Assembly: GCF_018977255.1 (NCBI RefSeq)
Contig: NW_024704742.1
Span: forward strand, 21,702,001-21,766,000
Reading direction: 5' to 3'
DNA length: 64,000 nucleotides
From: Callorhinchus milii
Taxonomy: Eukaryota
Positions 62,976-64,000 of the stretch are shown in pieces. Positions within the stretch are counted from its first letter, which is position 1, and each line of letters starts with the position of its first letter. The notes beneath the pieces were generated by a model, which was not told the DNA's origin, did no database searches, and saw only the letters and a list, made by a program, of their open reading frames with translations. The translations under genes were made by a program, and so were the position numbers.

Positions 62976-64000
62976 CTGTAAATTAAAAGAAAATAAACTA
63001 TCAAAAATGTGTTGTCATTTGTTCTCAACATAAACCGCAATTTACTATAATAAGCCATAATACATTATCTGTAACAGCTTCTTGAAATAAGGGGAAATTA
63101 ATCTTTCAAATTATCTTTTTGATAGTTTCCACTCTCACACCTACTACATTTTTGGCAAGGTTTTGAGTCCACCTTTCAGATGAGTTGTGAAACCAAGGGC
63201 CCAGGCATTGCTCAAAAAGAAAAGGGAGCTTCTGCTAGTGTCCTGGGCAACAATTCCCCAGATAAAGAATACAATGGATTGGTCGCTTCATGGCCGTTTG
63301 TGGGGCACCGTTGTGCGCATTGGTTGCCGCATTCACCTACAAAATACAGTCTCACTGCATTCTACAGAAATGACTGAGGCGTTTTGAGAGGTTTTGATGT
63401 GATAAGATGCCATATCAATTGCAAGTAATATTACTACCATAAGAACAGTTACAATCTCATGCGCAATAAGAACACTGGATAGCTCTCTTTGTCCCGTAGA
63501 CAATAACACACAAATGATGAGTTGGAAATGATCTTTATAAATTTATTGCACATAGATTGCGTGATATAGCTCATGCTAAATCTTAGCAACTTGTTCTTCC
63601 ACTCAGTGCCCTGAAACACAATCAGAGGCTCCCCCATCCTCATTGAGTAAACAAGCAATCTAAGTGAAGCCAAACACAATACTTTGTGAAATGATGTATG
63701 GACACCACATGTAAACAAAATTGTATTATAGATGAAAAGCACCATAAATATAATACATCTGCCTTTAATTTATATAAATTTAACAACACAGTAAAACCAG
63801 GAGTTTGTTTCCAGAGTAAATTTAGTTGTTTTATTTGAAACTAATAGTTGACAAATTCACTTTGAGGAACAAGAGACACTATTAATCAATCGATAATCAA
63901 AAAAAATGTCTTTCGAGTTAATCTGAAGATCAGTTGCTACACTGCCAGGGCTGTCCTTAGCCTGATTTGTCTTTGTCCAACTGAAAATAGATGGTGCAAC

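Overview
Vertebrate genomic DNA with introns and many repeats. The repeats (Deu-domain SINEs, tRNA-derived SINEs with L2-like tails, L2, CR1, Harbinger fossils) suggest a cartilaginous fish, probably a chimaera; that is an inference. Three genes were reconstructed by hand from splice signals and translation. (1) The 3' end of HHIP (+): exons at 1860-1941, 14584-14732 and 16184-16312/16365. An in-frame exon encoding a complete Kunitz/BPTI domain follows at 17927-18135, predicting an HHIP-Kunitz isoform without the C-terminal helix known from mammals. (2) A complete 7-exon, 291-aa nephronectin/EGFL6-like gene (+, 36397-52386) with five EGF repeats, no RGD or MAM domain, and a basic tail. (3) The last coding exon of ANAPC10 (-, 62745-62975), matching the HHIP-ANAPC10 synteny of other vertebrates. 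Most ORFs in the supplied track are spurious or repeat-derived. Repeat boundaries are approximate. Homology calls rest on recalled protein motifs, not database searches.
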